From the NCBI GenBank assembly GCA_025201805.1, contig MU619320.1, positions 48,018 through 112,017 on the forward strand: 64,000 nucleotides of DNA, read 5' to 3'. The translations under genes were made by a program, and so were the position numbers. Under the pieces are notes generated by a model that saw only the letters and a program-made list of their open reading frames with translations, was not told where the DNA came from and searched no databases. Shown piece by piece: positions 63,712-64,000 of the stretch. The DNA is from Parasitella parasitica NRRL 2501 (taxonomy: Eukaryota > Fungi > Mucoromycota). The stretch's first letter is position 1, and each line of letters opens with the position of its first letter.

Positions 63712-64000
63712 TTGTTTGAATAGAAAAAGGAGACCAAGAGCAAAGAAAGGGAAATGAGCATTCTGCCATAGCAGATTCAAATCATTTTATACTCATGAGT
63801 GAGATGGAAAGAGAAAACATGAGGACAAGAGTAACAATGTCGCACCGGTTGAAGGTACAGCCGATGTTATTCGGTCCATGACTGGTGGGATTGCCTTGTG
63901 TGCTACAGAAGCCCGAATATATCGGTCTTAATGTTCAGCCATGAATCAAAATGCTCAAAATATGCGATCTCATTTTTTTGATCTATAAATAATGATTGAT

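Overview
Eukaryotic fungal genomic DNA, almost certainly Mucorales/Mucoromycotina. Basis: AT-rich sequence, many short GT-AG introns, a CSL factor, SCAP and Mucorales-type transposon proteins. About 19 host genes are present: a CDF zinc transporter, SCAP, an alpha-arrestin, a single-TM LEA_2-like protein, Rae1/Gle2, an alpha/beta hydrolase, a TMEM42-like protein, Nup57/54, a GPI-type CE4 chitin deacetylase, Erg3, a MOSC protein, Mms19, a secreted hypothetical protein, Bzz1, mitochondrial Hsp70, a low-complexity protein, a CSL transcription factor, BLOC1S1 and a DHA2-type MFS transporter. Three accessory tracts (about 9-20 kb, 29.9-33.5 kb, 37-42 kb) hold degenerate mobile DNA: a Helitron PIF1 helicase with a structured 3' end that recurs inverted at the window start, a 5'-truncated L1-like LINE, Tc1/IS630 fragments, nuclease-like pseudogenes, an ORF-less element with ~405-bp inverted arms, and two different Fanzor (eukaryotic TnpB-like) pseudogenes, one with a spliceosomal intron. 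The most unexpected structure is a ~175-bp inverted copy of the MFS transporter's own coding sequence just downstream of its stop codon, a possible cis hairpin RNAi trigger. It is one of four inverted-repeat pairs in the window. All calls come from reading the sequence; no database searches were run, and exon boundaries and identity estimates are by eye.
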